The notes under the pieces: generated by a model
Databases searched by the model: none
The model's input: only the letters and a program-made list of their open reading frames with translations
Told to the model about the DNA's origin: nothing
Shown: in pieces, positions 7,143 through 15,257 of the stretch
How the letters are laid out: every line of letters starts with the position of its first letter
Numbering within the stretch: the first letter of the stretch is position 1
Position numbers and translations under genes: made by a program
Source of the DNA: Gemmatimonadales bacterium
Lineage (GTDB): Bacteria > Gemmatimonadota > Gemmatimonadetes > Gemmatimonadales > Gemmatimonadaceae
Direction of reading: 5' to 3'
Assembly: GCA_038319955.1 (NCBI GenBank)
Contig: JBBQDT010000004.1
Span: 545 to 64,544, forward strand
DNA: 64,000 nt

Positions 7143-7934
7143 ATGGACTCCGATCTCGTAGTGGCCGAGGTGAGCGACGGCGTGATGACCATCACGCTCA
7201 ACCGGCCGGACGTACTGAACAGCTTCAACGGCCCGATGGCCGACGCACTGCTCGACGCGCTGCGCCACGCGGCTGACAATGACGCCGTGCGCGCAGTGTT
7301 GCTTACGGGCGCCGGCCGCGCCTTCTGTGCGGGGCAGGATCTCGCGGCGGTGCTCCCGGTCGAAGGAAAGCCGATGCCCGACCTCGGCGACGTCGTGCGG
7401 CGACAGTACAATCCGATCATTCGCGCGATTCGCCTGCTGGAGAAGCCGATCGTCTGTGCCGTGAACGGCGTGGCGGCCGGTGCCGGCGCCAACATCGCCT
7501 TCGCCTGCGACATCACGGTCGCCGCCGAGGAAGCCACGTTCATCCAGTCCTTTGCGAAGATCGGCCTCATTCCTGACAGCGGGGGGACGTTCATCCTCCC
7601 GCGCCTCATCGGCATGCAGCGCGCGGCCGCACTCACGATGCTCGGGGAGAAGCTCGACGCCGCGCGGGCCCGGGAGTGGGGGCTGATCCACGACGTCGTA
7701 CCGGCGCTCGCGCTGCTGCAGGTGAGCCGTGATCTGGCCAAGCGGCTCGCCGCCATGCCCACGCGCGGGCTCGGTCTCACCAAGCGCGCCTTCAATGCCG
7801 GTTTCTCCAACGACCTCGAGTCGCATCTCGCGCTGGAGGAAGAACTCCAGCGCGAAGCCGGCGAAACGGAGGACTACGCCGAGGGTGTCCGCGCCTTCAT
7901 GGAAAAGCGAAAGCCAGCCTTCAAGGGTCGCTGA
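7143..7934 (+). CDS. paaG: Crotonase-family 1,2-epoxyphenylacetyl-CoA isomerase (PaaG-like)
   Basis: VMTITLNRPDVLNSF, LLTGAGRAFCAGQDL and VCAVNGVAAGAGA align closely with my recollection of E. coli PaaG. It sits directly upstream of paaH. Confidence 0.8.
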   Translation: MDSDLVVAEVSDGVMTITLNRPDVLNSFNGPMADALLDALRHAADNDAVRAVLLTGAGRAFCAGQDLAAVLPVEGKPMPDLGDVVRRQYNPIIRAIRLLEKPIVCAVNGVAAGAGANIAFACDITVAAEEATFIQSFAKIGLIPDSGGTFILPRLIGMQRAAALTMLGEKLDAARAREWGLIHDVVPALALLQVSRDLAKRLAAMPTRGLGLTKRAFNAGFSNDLESHLALEEELQREAGETEDYAEGVRAFMEKRKPAFKGR

Positions 7935-9116
7935 ATGATGGACACGACGATCGTCGGCGTGGTGGGTGCGGGTGCGATGGGCAGCGGCATCGCCCAGGTC
8001 GCGGCGACCGCGGGACATCCCGTCGTCCTCGGCGACGCGAATCCCGCTGCAGTGGGGAAGGCGTTGGCCGGCATCGCAAAGTCCCTGGCGCGCGAGGTGG
8101 AGAAGGGACGGCTCGATCAGAGCGCGGCGGACGCAGTGCGAGGTCGCATTCGCGATGCGGGCGATCTCTCGCTCAGCTTCGATGCCTACGCCGATTGCGG
8201 GCTCGTCATCGAGGCGGTGCTCGAGGATCTGGCGGTGAAGCGCACGTTGTTCGCAAGCCTGGAGACGGTCGTCGGCGACGACTGCGTGCTGGCGACGAAC
8301 ACGTCATCGCTCTCCGTTGCCGCCATCGGTGGCGGTTGCCGGAATGCGGGACGCGTCGTGGGCATCCACTTCTTCAATCCCGCGCCGGTGATGCCGCTCG
8401 TCGAGATCGTCCCGGCCATCACGACCTCGCCATCCGTGCTCGCGTCGTCGAAGGCGCTCGTCGACCGGTGGAAGAAGACCACCGTCATCGCCACCGACAC
8501 ACCCGGCTTCATCGTGAACCGGATCGCGCGGCCGTTCTACAGCGAGAGCCTGCGCCAGCTGGAAGAGCACGTGGCCGACGCTGCCACGATCGACTGGGCG
8601 ATGCGCGAGCTCGCCGGCTTTCGCATGGGACCATTCGAGCTGATGGACTTCATCGGCAACGACGTCAACTATGCGGTCACGGTCAGTGTGTTCGAGGCCT
8701 TCTACCAGGATTCCCGCTACCGCCCCGCGCTGACGCAGCGACGGCTGGTGGAGGCAGGCCTCCTCGGTCGCAAGAGCGGTCGTGGCTACTATGACTACCG
8801 CGACGGCGCCGCGAAGCCAGAGCCGACGCGCGACACGACGCTCGGTCAGGCCATCGTCGATCGCACGATGGCCATGCTCGTGAACTCGGCGGTCGATGCG
8901 GTGCACATGCGCATCGCGTCGCCGGTGGACATCGAGACGTCCATGACGAAGGGCGTCAACTATCCGAAGGGCCTGCTCGCGTGGGGCGACGAGATCGGGC
9001 CGGCGGAGATTCTCCAGCGGCTCGATCTGCTCCGCGCCGAATCGGGCGAGGAGCGCTATCGAGCCAGTCCCCTCCTGCGCCAGCGTGTGCGCGACGGACG
9101 CTCGCTGCTCACATGA
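7935..9116 (+). CDS. paaH: 3-hydroxyadipyl-CoA dehydrogenase (3-hydroxyacyl-CoA dehydrogenase family)
   Basis: Rossmann motif VVGAGAMGSGIA, FFNPAPVMPLVEI, and context between paaG and paaI. The start abuts the paaG stop. Confidence 0.85.
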   Translation: MMDTTIVGVVGAGAMGSGIAQVAATAGHPVVLGDANPAAVGKALAGIAKSLAREVEKGRLDQSAADAVRGRIRDAGDLSLSFDAYADCGLVIEAVLEDLAVKRTLFASLETVVGDDCVLATNTSSLSVAAIGGGCRNAGRVVGIHFFNPAPVMPLVEIVPAITTSPSVLASSKALVDRWKKTTVIATDTPGFIVNRIARPFYSESLRQLEEHVADAATIDWAMRELAGFRMGPFELMDFIGNDVNYAVTVSVFEAFYQDSRYRPALTQRRLVEAGLLGRKSGRGYYDYRDGAAKPEPTRDTTLGQAIVDRTMAMLVNSAVDAVHMRIASPVDIETSMTKGVNYPKGLLAWGDEIGPAEILQRLDLLRAESGEERYRASPLLRQRVRDGRSLLT

Positions 9117-9541
9117 CGGACGTCGCCGCGCAGGTCGTCGCCGGCATGCTCGCGCGTGACGAGTTCAGTCGTTGGCTCGGCATCGAGCTCGTCGAGCTCG
9201 CCGATGGTCGATGCGTGCTCCGGATGCGCGTTCGCGGGGACATGGTGAATGGCTTCGGTGTAGCACATGGTGGCATCGCGTTCTCGCTTGCCGACAGCGC
9301 GATGGCATTCGCCTGCAACGACGGTGCGAACGTCACCGTTGCCGTGGACAATGCGATCTCCTATCCGGCGGCGATCCGCGTGGACGATGAGCTCGTCGCG
9401 ACGGCGGAGCGGCAGAGCGGCTCGCGGAAACTGGCTTATTACAGCGTGACCGTCCGTCGGCGGGACGACGAGATCGTCGCACTCTTTCGCGGCACGGTGT
9501 ACCGGACCGCGCAACAGCACCCAACAGAGCAGACATCATGA
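9113..9541 (+). CDS. paaI: Hydroxyphenylacetyl-CoA thioesterase, hotdog fold (PaaI)
   Basis: ATG 9113 overlaps the paaH stop (ATGA). MTDVAAQ...NGFGVAHGGIAFSLADSA is typical of PaaI. The longer ORF 8981.. overlaps paaH. Confidence 0.8.
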   Translation: MTDVAAQVVAGMLARDEFSRWLGIELVELADGRCVLRMRVRGDMVNGFGVAHGGIAFSLADSAMAFACNDGANVTVAVDNAISYPAAIRVDDELVATAERQSGSRKLAYYSVTVRRRDDEIVALFRGTVYRTAQQHPTEQTS

Positions 9542-10749
9542 CTGAGGCATACATCGTCGATGGCGTTCGCACGGCCATCGGCAACATTGGTGGCCAGTTG
9601 AGCGAGATGCGCGCGGACGACATGGCGGCGCACGTCATCGCGCGGCTGGTCGCCCGCAACCCCTCGCTCGATCCGTCGCGTATCACCGACGTCATCCTTG
9701 GCTGCGCCAACCAGGCCGGCGAGGACAATCGAGACGTCGCCCGTATGGCGGGGTTGCTCGCTGGATTGCCCGTGAGCGTTCCGGGTGAGACGGTGAACCG
9801 CCTGTGCGCATCCGGCATGAGCGCCGTCGTCCACGCATCCCGCGCCATCAAGCTTGGCGAGGGCGACTACTTTGTCGCGGGCGGTGTGGAGAACATGACG
9901 CGCGCGCCGTACGTCATGAGCAAGTCGAGCAAGCCGTACGGGCGCGACATCGAGCTGTTCGACACGAGCCTCGGCTGGCGCTTCGTGAACCCGAAGATGC
10001 GCGAAACGTACGGCACGGACTCGATGGGACAGACCGCGGAGAATGTGGCCGAGAGGTACGGCATCGGTCGTGAGGATCAGGACGTGTTCGCGCTGCGGTC
10101 GCAGCAGAAGGCCGCGGCGGCGCGGGCGGCGGGGCGATTCGCACTGGAGATCGAGCCCATCGACATCGCGCAGAGGAAGGGCCCAGCCAAAGTGGTTGAG
10201 GTAGATGAATTCATTCGCCCCGATACCACCATCGAGATCCTCACGAAGCTCAGGCCCGCCTTCCGCACAGACGGGAAGGGATCCGTCACGGCGGGCAACT
10301 CGTCGGGGCTGAACGACGGCGCCGCGGCGCTGCTCATCGCATCGGAGAAAGGCGTGGCCCAGTTGGGCGGTCAGGCGATGGCGCGCATCGTGTCGTCGGC
10401 GGTGGCCGGCGTGGAGCCTCGCCTCATGGGCATGGGCCCGATTCCGGCAACGCGGCGCGCGCTCGAGATGGCGGGCATCTCGCTCGACGACATTGACGTG
10501 ATCGAGCTCAACGAAGCGTTCGCCGCGCAATCGCTCGGCGTGCTCCGCGAGCTTGGCATTGCCGATGACGACCCACGCGTCAACCCCAACGGTGGCGCGA
10601 TCGCGATCGGGCATCCGCTCGGCATGAGTGGAGCGCGGCTGCTCCTCACGGCAGCGCACGAGTTGCGACGCACGGACAAGCGGTACGCGCTGGCGACGAT
10701 GTGCATCGGCGTCGGACAGGGCATGGCCACGGTGATCGAGCGTGTCTAA
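9538..10749 (+). CDS. paaJ: 3-oxoadipyl-CoA / 3-oxo-5,6-dehydrosuberyl-CoA thiolase
   Basis: Thiolase signatures VNRLCASGM, NGGAIAIGHPLGMSGARL and CIGVGQG. A 4-nt overlap with paaI. Confidence 0.85.
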   Translation: MTEAYIVDGVRTAIGNIGGQLSEMRADDMAAHVIARLVARNPSLDPSRITDVILGCANQAGEDNRDVARMAGLLAGLPVSVPGETVNRLCASGMSAVVHASRAIKLGEGDYFVAGGVENMTRAPYVMSKSSKPYGRDIELFDTSLGWRFVNPKMRETYGTDSMGQTAENVAERYGIGREDQDVFALRSQQKAAAARAAGRFALEIEPIDIAQRKGPAKVVEVDEFIRPDTTIEILTKLRPAFRTDGKGSVTAGNSSGLNDGAAALLIASEKGVAQLGGQAMARIVSSAVAGVEPRLMGMGPIPATRRALEMAGISLDDIDVIELNEAFAAQSLGVLRELGIADDDPRVNPNGGAIAIGHPLGMSGARLLLTAAHELRRTDKRYALATMCIGVGQGMATVIERV

Positions 10750-10755
10750 TTCCTG

Positions 10756-11355
10756 ATGCCAAGCATCTTTGAATTCGACGGATTCATTCCGGTGGTCCAC
10801 GACAGTGCATTCGTGCATCCGAACGCGACCGTCACCGGCAACGTCATCATCGGGCGAGACGTGTATGTCGGTCCTGGCGCGGCCGTACGCGGCGATTGGG
10901 GTGGCGTCGTCATCGAGGACGGCTGCAACGTGCAGGAGAACTGCACCATCCACATGTTCCCGGGTGTCACTGTGGTGCTGGAGCGCGGCTCGCACATCGG
11001 ACACGGGGCGATCGTCCATGGGGCGCGCATCGGAGCGAATGCATTGATCGGGATGAACGCCGTCATCATGGACAACGCCAGCGTGGGAGCAGGATGCATC
11101 GTCGGGGCGCTCTGCTTCGTGCCGGCCCAGATGCAGATTCCGGAGCGAAAGGTGGTCGTCGGCAATCCGGCGAAGATCGTGAAGGATGTGAGTGACGAGA
11201 TGCTGGCGTGGAAGACGGAGGGCACGGCGCTGTATCAGGCGCTCCCCTCACGACTGCACGCGACATTGAGGGCTGTCGAGCCACTGCGCGACGTCCCCGC
11301 GGGACGCGATGCGCAGGTGATGTCCTACCAAACCTGGCGAGAGACACGATCGTGA
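10756..11355 (+). CDS. paaY: Hexapeptide-repeat (gamma-carbonic-anhydrase-like) protein PaaY
   Basis: Left-handed beta-helix repeats (VHPNATVTGNVIIGRDVYVGPGAAVRGD...) and its position between paaJ and paaZ. Confidence 0.8.
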   Translation: MPSIFEFDGFIPVVHDSAFVHPNATVTGNVIIGRDVYVGPGAAVRGDWGGVVIEDGCNVQENCTIHMFPGVTVVLERGSHIGHGAIVHGARIGANALIGMNAVIMDNASVGAGCIVGALCFVPAQMQIPERKVVVGNPAKIVKDVSDEMLAWKTEGTALYQALPSRLHATLRAVEPLRDVPAGRDAQVMSYQTWRETRS

Positions 11356-13520
11356 TGCGACTCAGGAACTACGCACTCGGCGAATGGATCGAGGGAACGG
11401 GCTCGGGCACGTCGCTGTACAATGCCGTCACGGGTACCGAGGTGGCCGTTGCCTCGAGTGACGGTCTCGATTTCAAGGCGATGTTGCACTACGGCCGCAC
11501 CGTGGGTGGACCGACGCTCCGCGCGATGACCTTTCATCAGCGCGCGAGAGTCCTCAAGGCGCTCGCCCAGTACCTCACGGTGAGGAAGGAAGAGGCGTAC
11601 GTGGTGTCCGCATGGACCGGCGCGACCCGCGGCGACTCGTGGATCGACATCGACGGCGGCATCGGAACGCTGTTCGCCTACGCGAGTCGTGGGCGACGTG
11701 AGTTTCCCGACGAGACGTATTACGTGGATGGCGGCCCCGAAGCGCTGAGCAAGGGTGGCACCTTCATCGGACGACACATCTGCGTCCCGATGGAAGGCGT
11801 CGCCGTGCAGATCAACGCATTCAACTTCCCCGTGTGGGGGATGCTGGAGAAGTTCGCGACGTCGTTTCTCGCCGGCGTGCCGAGCATCGTGAAGCCGGCC
11901 ACCGTGACCAGCTTTCTCACGGAGTTCGTGGCGCAGATGATGGTCGACTCCGGGCTGCTTCCTGCGGGGACGTTCCAGCTGATCTGCGGCAGCGCGGGCG
12001 ACCTCCTCGATCATCTCGACTGCCAGGATTCCGTGGCGTTCACCGGTTCCGCGTCGACGGGGTTGATGCTGAAGGGTGGGAGGGCGGTGATGGAGAACAG
12101 CGTCCGCTTCAACCAGGAGGCGGACTCGCTCAACTACTCGATGCTCGGCCCCGACGCCGTGCCGGGCAGCGACGAGTTCGACCTGTTCGTGAAGGAGGTC
12201 GCGCGTGAGATGACGGTGAAGGCGGGCCAGAAGTGCACGGCGATCCGCCGGACGTTCGTGCACGAGAGCATGGTGGAGGATGTCACGGCCGCGCTCAGGA
12301 AGCGACTGGCTGGCGTCAAGGTTGGCGATCCGTCGATCGACGCTGTGCGCATGGGGCCACTCGCGGGGAAGGGACAGGTCCGCGAGGTGGAGAAGAGTGT
12401 CGAGAGGCTTCGCGCCGGGACGGAGCTGGTGTTCGGCGGGCCCGGCACGCTCGACGTCATCGGCGCCGATGCGGAGAAGGGCGCGTTCTATCCGACGATG
12501 CTGCTCTACAACGGCCAGCCGTTCACGAGCACGCAGGCGCACGACGTCGAGGCGTTCGGGCCGGTGAACACCATCATGCCGTATGGCTCGGTGGACGAAG
12601 CCATCGAGCTCGCGAAGCTGGGGAAGGGAAGTCTTGTCGGCTCACTGTTCACGGCGAAGGACGACATCGCGCGGAAGGTCGCGCTGGGGACGGCCGCGTA
12701 TCATGGCCGCCTGATGCTCGTGAACCGTCATAGCGCGAAGGAGTCGACCGGCCACGGCTCACCGATGCCGCACCTGGTGCACGGCGGGCCCGGACGCGCC
12801 GGCGGTGGCGAGGAGATGGGCGGCGTGCGCGGCGTGCTGCATTACATGCAGCGCACGGCGCTCCAGGGCTCACCGCAGACGCTGGCGGCGGTGACCCGCG
12901 AGTGGAGCAAGGGCGCCAGCGAGCTGCGCGATCGCATTCATCCCTTTCGCAAGTATTTCGAGGAACTCGTGATCGGCGAGACGCACATCACCCATCGCCG
13001 CACGGTGACCGAGAGCGACGTCGTGAACTTCGCCGGCATTTCGGGAGACTTCTTCTACGCGCACATGGACGACATCGCCGCGCGCGAATCGCTGTTCGAG
13101 AAGCGCGTGGCCCACGGCTACTTCGTGCTGTCGGCGGCGGCGGGATTGTTCGTCGACCCCGCACCCGGTCCGGTGCTGGCGAACTACGGCCTCGAGGGGC
13201 TGCGATTCGTGAAGCCTGTCTACATCGGCGACACGATCCAGGCGCGCCTGACGTGCAAGCAGCGGACGATGAAGGAGGATCGCGAAGGACAGATTCCGCA
13301 GGGGGTGGTGCACTGGGACGTCGAGGTGACGAACCAGGATGATGAGCCGGTGGCGGTCTACACGATTCTCACACTGGTGAAGCGGTTGTCGGCGGTCGGT
13401 GCCGAAGCATCGGCACTCCAGGTTGAGTCGGCGATGAAGTCAGAGGCGCCCGATGCGGTGCGTGCGCCGGAAGTGATGGAGAAGACACAGCCGGGCGATG
13501 CGCCTGCGCGTGTTTCATGA
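11355..13520 (+). CDS. paaZ: Bifunctional oxepin-CoA hydrolase / aldehyde dehydrogenase PaaZ (ALDH + MaoC domains)
   Basis: ATG 11355 overlaps the paaY stop (GTGATG). The N-terminus [14 protein letters not shown] plus an ALDH body, then a C-terminal MaoC hot-dog ([22 protein letters not shown]). The upstream part of ORF 11208.. overlaps paaY. Confidence 0.85.
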   Translation: MRLRNYALGEWIEGTGSGTSLYNAVTGTEVAVASSDGLDFKAMLHYGRTVGGPTLRAMTFHQRARVLKALAQYLTVRKEEAYVVSAWTGATRGDSWIDIDGGIGTLFAYASRGRREFPDETYYVDGGPEALSKGGTFIGRHICVPMEGVAVQINAFNFPVWGMLEKFATSFLAGVPSIVKPATVTSFLTEFVAQMMVDSGLLPAGTFQLICGSAGDLLDHLDCQDSVAFTGSASTGLMLKGGRAVMENSVRFNQEADSLNYSMLGPDAVPGSDEFDLFVKEVAREMTVKAGQKCTAIRRTFVHESMVEDVTAALRKRLAGVKVGDPSIDAVRMGPLAGKGQVREVEKSVERLRAGTELVFGGPGTLDVIGADAEKGAFYPTMLLYNGQPFTSTQAHDVEAFGPVNTIMPYGSVDEAIELAKLGKGSLVGSLFTAKDDIARKVALGTAAYHGRLMLVNRHSAKESTGHGSPMPHLVHGGPGRAGGGEEMGGVRGVLHYMQRTALQGSPQTLAAVTREWSKGASELRDRIHPFRKYFEELVIGETHITHRRTVTESDVVNFAGISGDFFYAHMDDIAARESLFEKRVAHGYFVLSAAAGLFVDPAPGPVLANYGLEGLRFVKPVYIGDTIQARLTCKQRTMKEDREGQIPQGVVHWDVEVTNQDDEPVAVYTILTLVKRLSAVGAEASALQVESAMKSEAPDAVRAPEVMEKTQPGDAPARVS

Positions 13521-13537
13521 CTGCTGACATCAGCCCC

Positions 13538-13566
13538 TTGACGAGCGATCCCCATCAACCCAGAAT
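13538..13566 (+). promoter_or_regulatory. Sigma-70-like promoter, TTGACG -17 nt- CAGAAT
   Basis: TTGACG 13538-13543 and CAGAAT 13561-13566. The predicted start site is about 7 nt downstream and coincides with the A of ATG 13573. Confidence 0.4.
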
Positions 13567-13572
13567 GCGTCC

Positions 13573-13647
13573 ATGACTTCCCGCGCCTACCGCTATTACA
13601 GCTATCCGACCCTCACGGGCCGGCGGCGGGAGCGTAGGCGCGGGTAA
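13573..13647 (+). CDS. Candidate leader peptide MTSRAYRYYSYPTLTGRRRERRRG (4 Tyr in 6 codons)
   Basis: ATG 13573, TAA 13645-13647. Tyr codons at 13588, 13594, 13597 and 13603, two of them the rare TAT. It is embedded in alternative hairpins ahead of the terminator at 13679-13708 and 140 nt upstream of phhA. Confidence 0.45.
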   Translation: MTSRAYRYYSYPTLTGRRRERRRG

Positions 13648-13678
13648 CTCCGCAGTCACCACCTCTCGATCGTCCCGC

Positions 13679-13708
13679 GGCCCGTGTGAATCTCACACGG
13701 GCCTTTTT
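13679..13708 (+). terminator. Rho-independent terminator
   Basis: GGCCCGTGTGA / TCACACGGGCC is a perfect 11-bp stem with a 3-nt loop, followed by TTTTT. Confidence 0.8.
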
Positions 13709-13761
13709 GTCGTCCCGAGCAGCCCTCATCTGTCGTCCCGAGCGCAGCGAGGGACCTGCTC
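13708..13761 (+). repeat. REP-like element, partial copy plus full copy in direct orientation
   Basis: TTGTCGTCCCGAGCAG (13708-13723) and TGTCGTCCCGAGCGCAGCGAGGGACCTGCTC (13731-13761). The same element occurs at 4867, 20902 and 34352. Confidence 0.7.
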
Positions 13762-13786
13762 GCCGTCCACCCCCAGGAGATGCCCG

Positions 13787-14545
13787 ATGCAAGACTCCCT
13801 CTGTGCGCACCTGCATACGCCCGCCCCCGCGACCTTCATCACGCAGGACTGGTCCGCCTACACCGACGAGAATCACCTCGCGTGGTCGATGCTTTACGAT
13901 CGCCGCATGGACACGCTGCGCGACACCGGCAGTTCCGTCTTCCTCGAAGGCGCTGCGACCATCGGCATCACGCGCGACACCGTGCCCGATCTCAGCGAGG
14001 TGAATGCACGCCTCGCCGACCGCACCGGATGGGCCGCCGTGCCCGTGTCGGGCTTCCTGCCCGCGAAGGAGTTCTTCGGATGCCTCGCCCAACGGCGCTT
14101 TCCCACCACGGTGTCCGTGCGCCCCATGGCGCAGCTCGACTATCTCCCGGAGCCGGACATCTTTCACGACGTCTTCGGCCACGTGCCGCTGCATGCGCAT
14201 CCGGTGTTCGCGGACTTCCTCCAGCGGTTCGGCCAGGCGGCAACGCGCGCGGTCACCGAGGAGCAGGTCGAGGCGATGGCGCGCCTGTTCTGGTTTACCG
14301 TGGAATTCGGGCTCGTGCACGAGAGCGGCCGCGTGAAGGTCTATGGCTCCGGCCTCATCTCATCCCATGGCGACGCAGCCAATGCGCTCGGCGACACCTG
14401 CGATCGACGGCCGTTCTCACTCGATGCCGTGCTGGCGCAGCCCTTCGAGATCGATCGGCTCCAGGATGTTCTCTTCGTCGTGGACGACTACCGGCAGCTG
14501 TTCGAAGCGGTAGAAGAAGCAGGCTCCCGCATGCGGCTGGGCTGA
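13787..14545 (+). CDS. phhA: Phenylalanine 4-hydroxylase (pterin-dependent aromatic amino acid hydroxylase)
   Basis: The 252-aa size and PDIFHDVFGHVPL iron-ligand motif match bacterial PhhA. GGAG lies 7 nt before the ATG. Confidence 0.9.
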   Translation: MQDSLCAHLHTPAPATFITQDWSAYTDENHLAWSMLYDRRMDTLRDTGSSVFLEGAATIGITRDTVPDLSEVNARLADRTGWAAVPVSGFLPAKEFFGCLAQRRFPTTVSVRPMAQLDYLPEPDIFHDVFGHVPLHAHPVFADFLQRFGQAATRAVTEEQVEAMARLFWFTVEFGLVHESGRVKVYGSGLISSHGDAANALGDTCDRRPFSLDAVLAQPFEIDRLQDVLFVVDDYRQLFEAVEEAGSRMRLG

Positions 14546-14629
14546 AAAGCGCGGGCGACGGGAACACTTCGGCCGCTGGGGGGACTACCATTTCTCACCA
14601 TACTTCTCACGTCACCAACTGGAGGCTCT

Positions 14630-15235
14630 GTGCTGTCTCGCCTGTTCGCTGCCGCCCTGCTCGTACCGACGCTCGCTGCCCCCATCGCGACCCGCCCCGC
14701 CCCGAAAGCGGCCGCCGTCTGGAACATCGACAAGGGCCATTCCAGCGTGAACTTCCAGATCCGCCATTTCGTGAGCAAGGTTCGCGGTTCGTTTGCCGAC
14801 TTCAAGGGCACCATCACCGCGGATCCCGACTCCTGGGAGCATGCACAGATCGACGTCGTGATCAACACGCCGAGCATCACGACCAGTAATGAGCGCCGCG
14901 ACGCGGACCTCCGGTCGCCAAATTTCTTCAGCGTCGATACGTTCCCGACGATCACCTTCAAGAGCACCAGGATCGAACGCAAGGGCGACGACGCGAAGAT
15001 CTACGGCACCCTCACGATGCGCGGCATCTCGAAAGACGTCGTGCTCACCGGCACCTTCAACGGCATCCAGAAGTCCTCGCAGGGCGGCGATCGCGTCGGC
15101 TTCGATGCGTCGACGACGATCAATCGTCTCGACTATGGCGTGAAGTGGAACCGCGCCGCGGAAGGCGGCGGCGTCATGCTCGGTGATGACGTGAAGATCG
15201 AGATCAACGTCGAAGCCGTCCGCGCCAAGAGCTGA
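14630..15235 (+). CDS. YceI family periplasmic protein
   Basis: Signal peptide, then WNIDKGHSSVNFQIRHFVSKVRGSF and TMRGISKDV, typical of YceI. GTG start with GGAGG upstream. Confidence 0.9.
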   Translation: MLSRLFAAALLVPTLAAPIATRPAPKAAAVWNIDKGHSSVNFQIRHFVSKVRGSFADFKGTITADPDSWEHAQIDVVINTPSITTSNERRDADLRSPNFFSVDTFPTITFKSTRIERKGDDAKIYGTLTMRGISKDVVLTGTFNGIQKSSQGGDRVGFDASTTINRLDYGVKWNRAAEGGGVMLGDDVKIEINVEAVRAKS

Positions 15236-15257
15236 CCACCTCCCACGACCATAGCCA

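Noticed and set aside
4920-8018. 1032-aa ORF on the minus strand
   Set aside because: Only the C-terminal 712 aa (from ATG 7058) look like a protein, the E1 alpha/beta dehydrogenase. The N-terminal ~320 codons are the antisense shadow of paaG, which is clearly the real gene there.
13573-13710. T-box or other known riboswitch upstream of phhA
   Set aside because: It is too short for a T-box. There is no specifier-loop or T-box consensus (AANNNGGGUGGNACCGCG-like) sequence. I recognise no conserved core of a known metabolite riboswitch. The leader-peptide model fits better.
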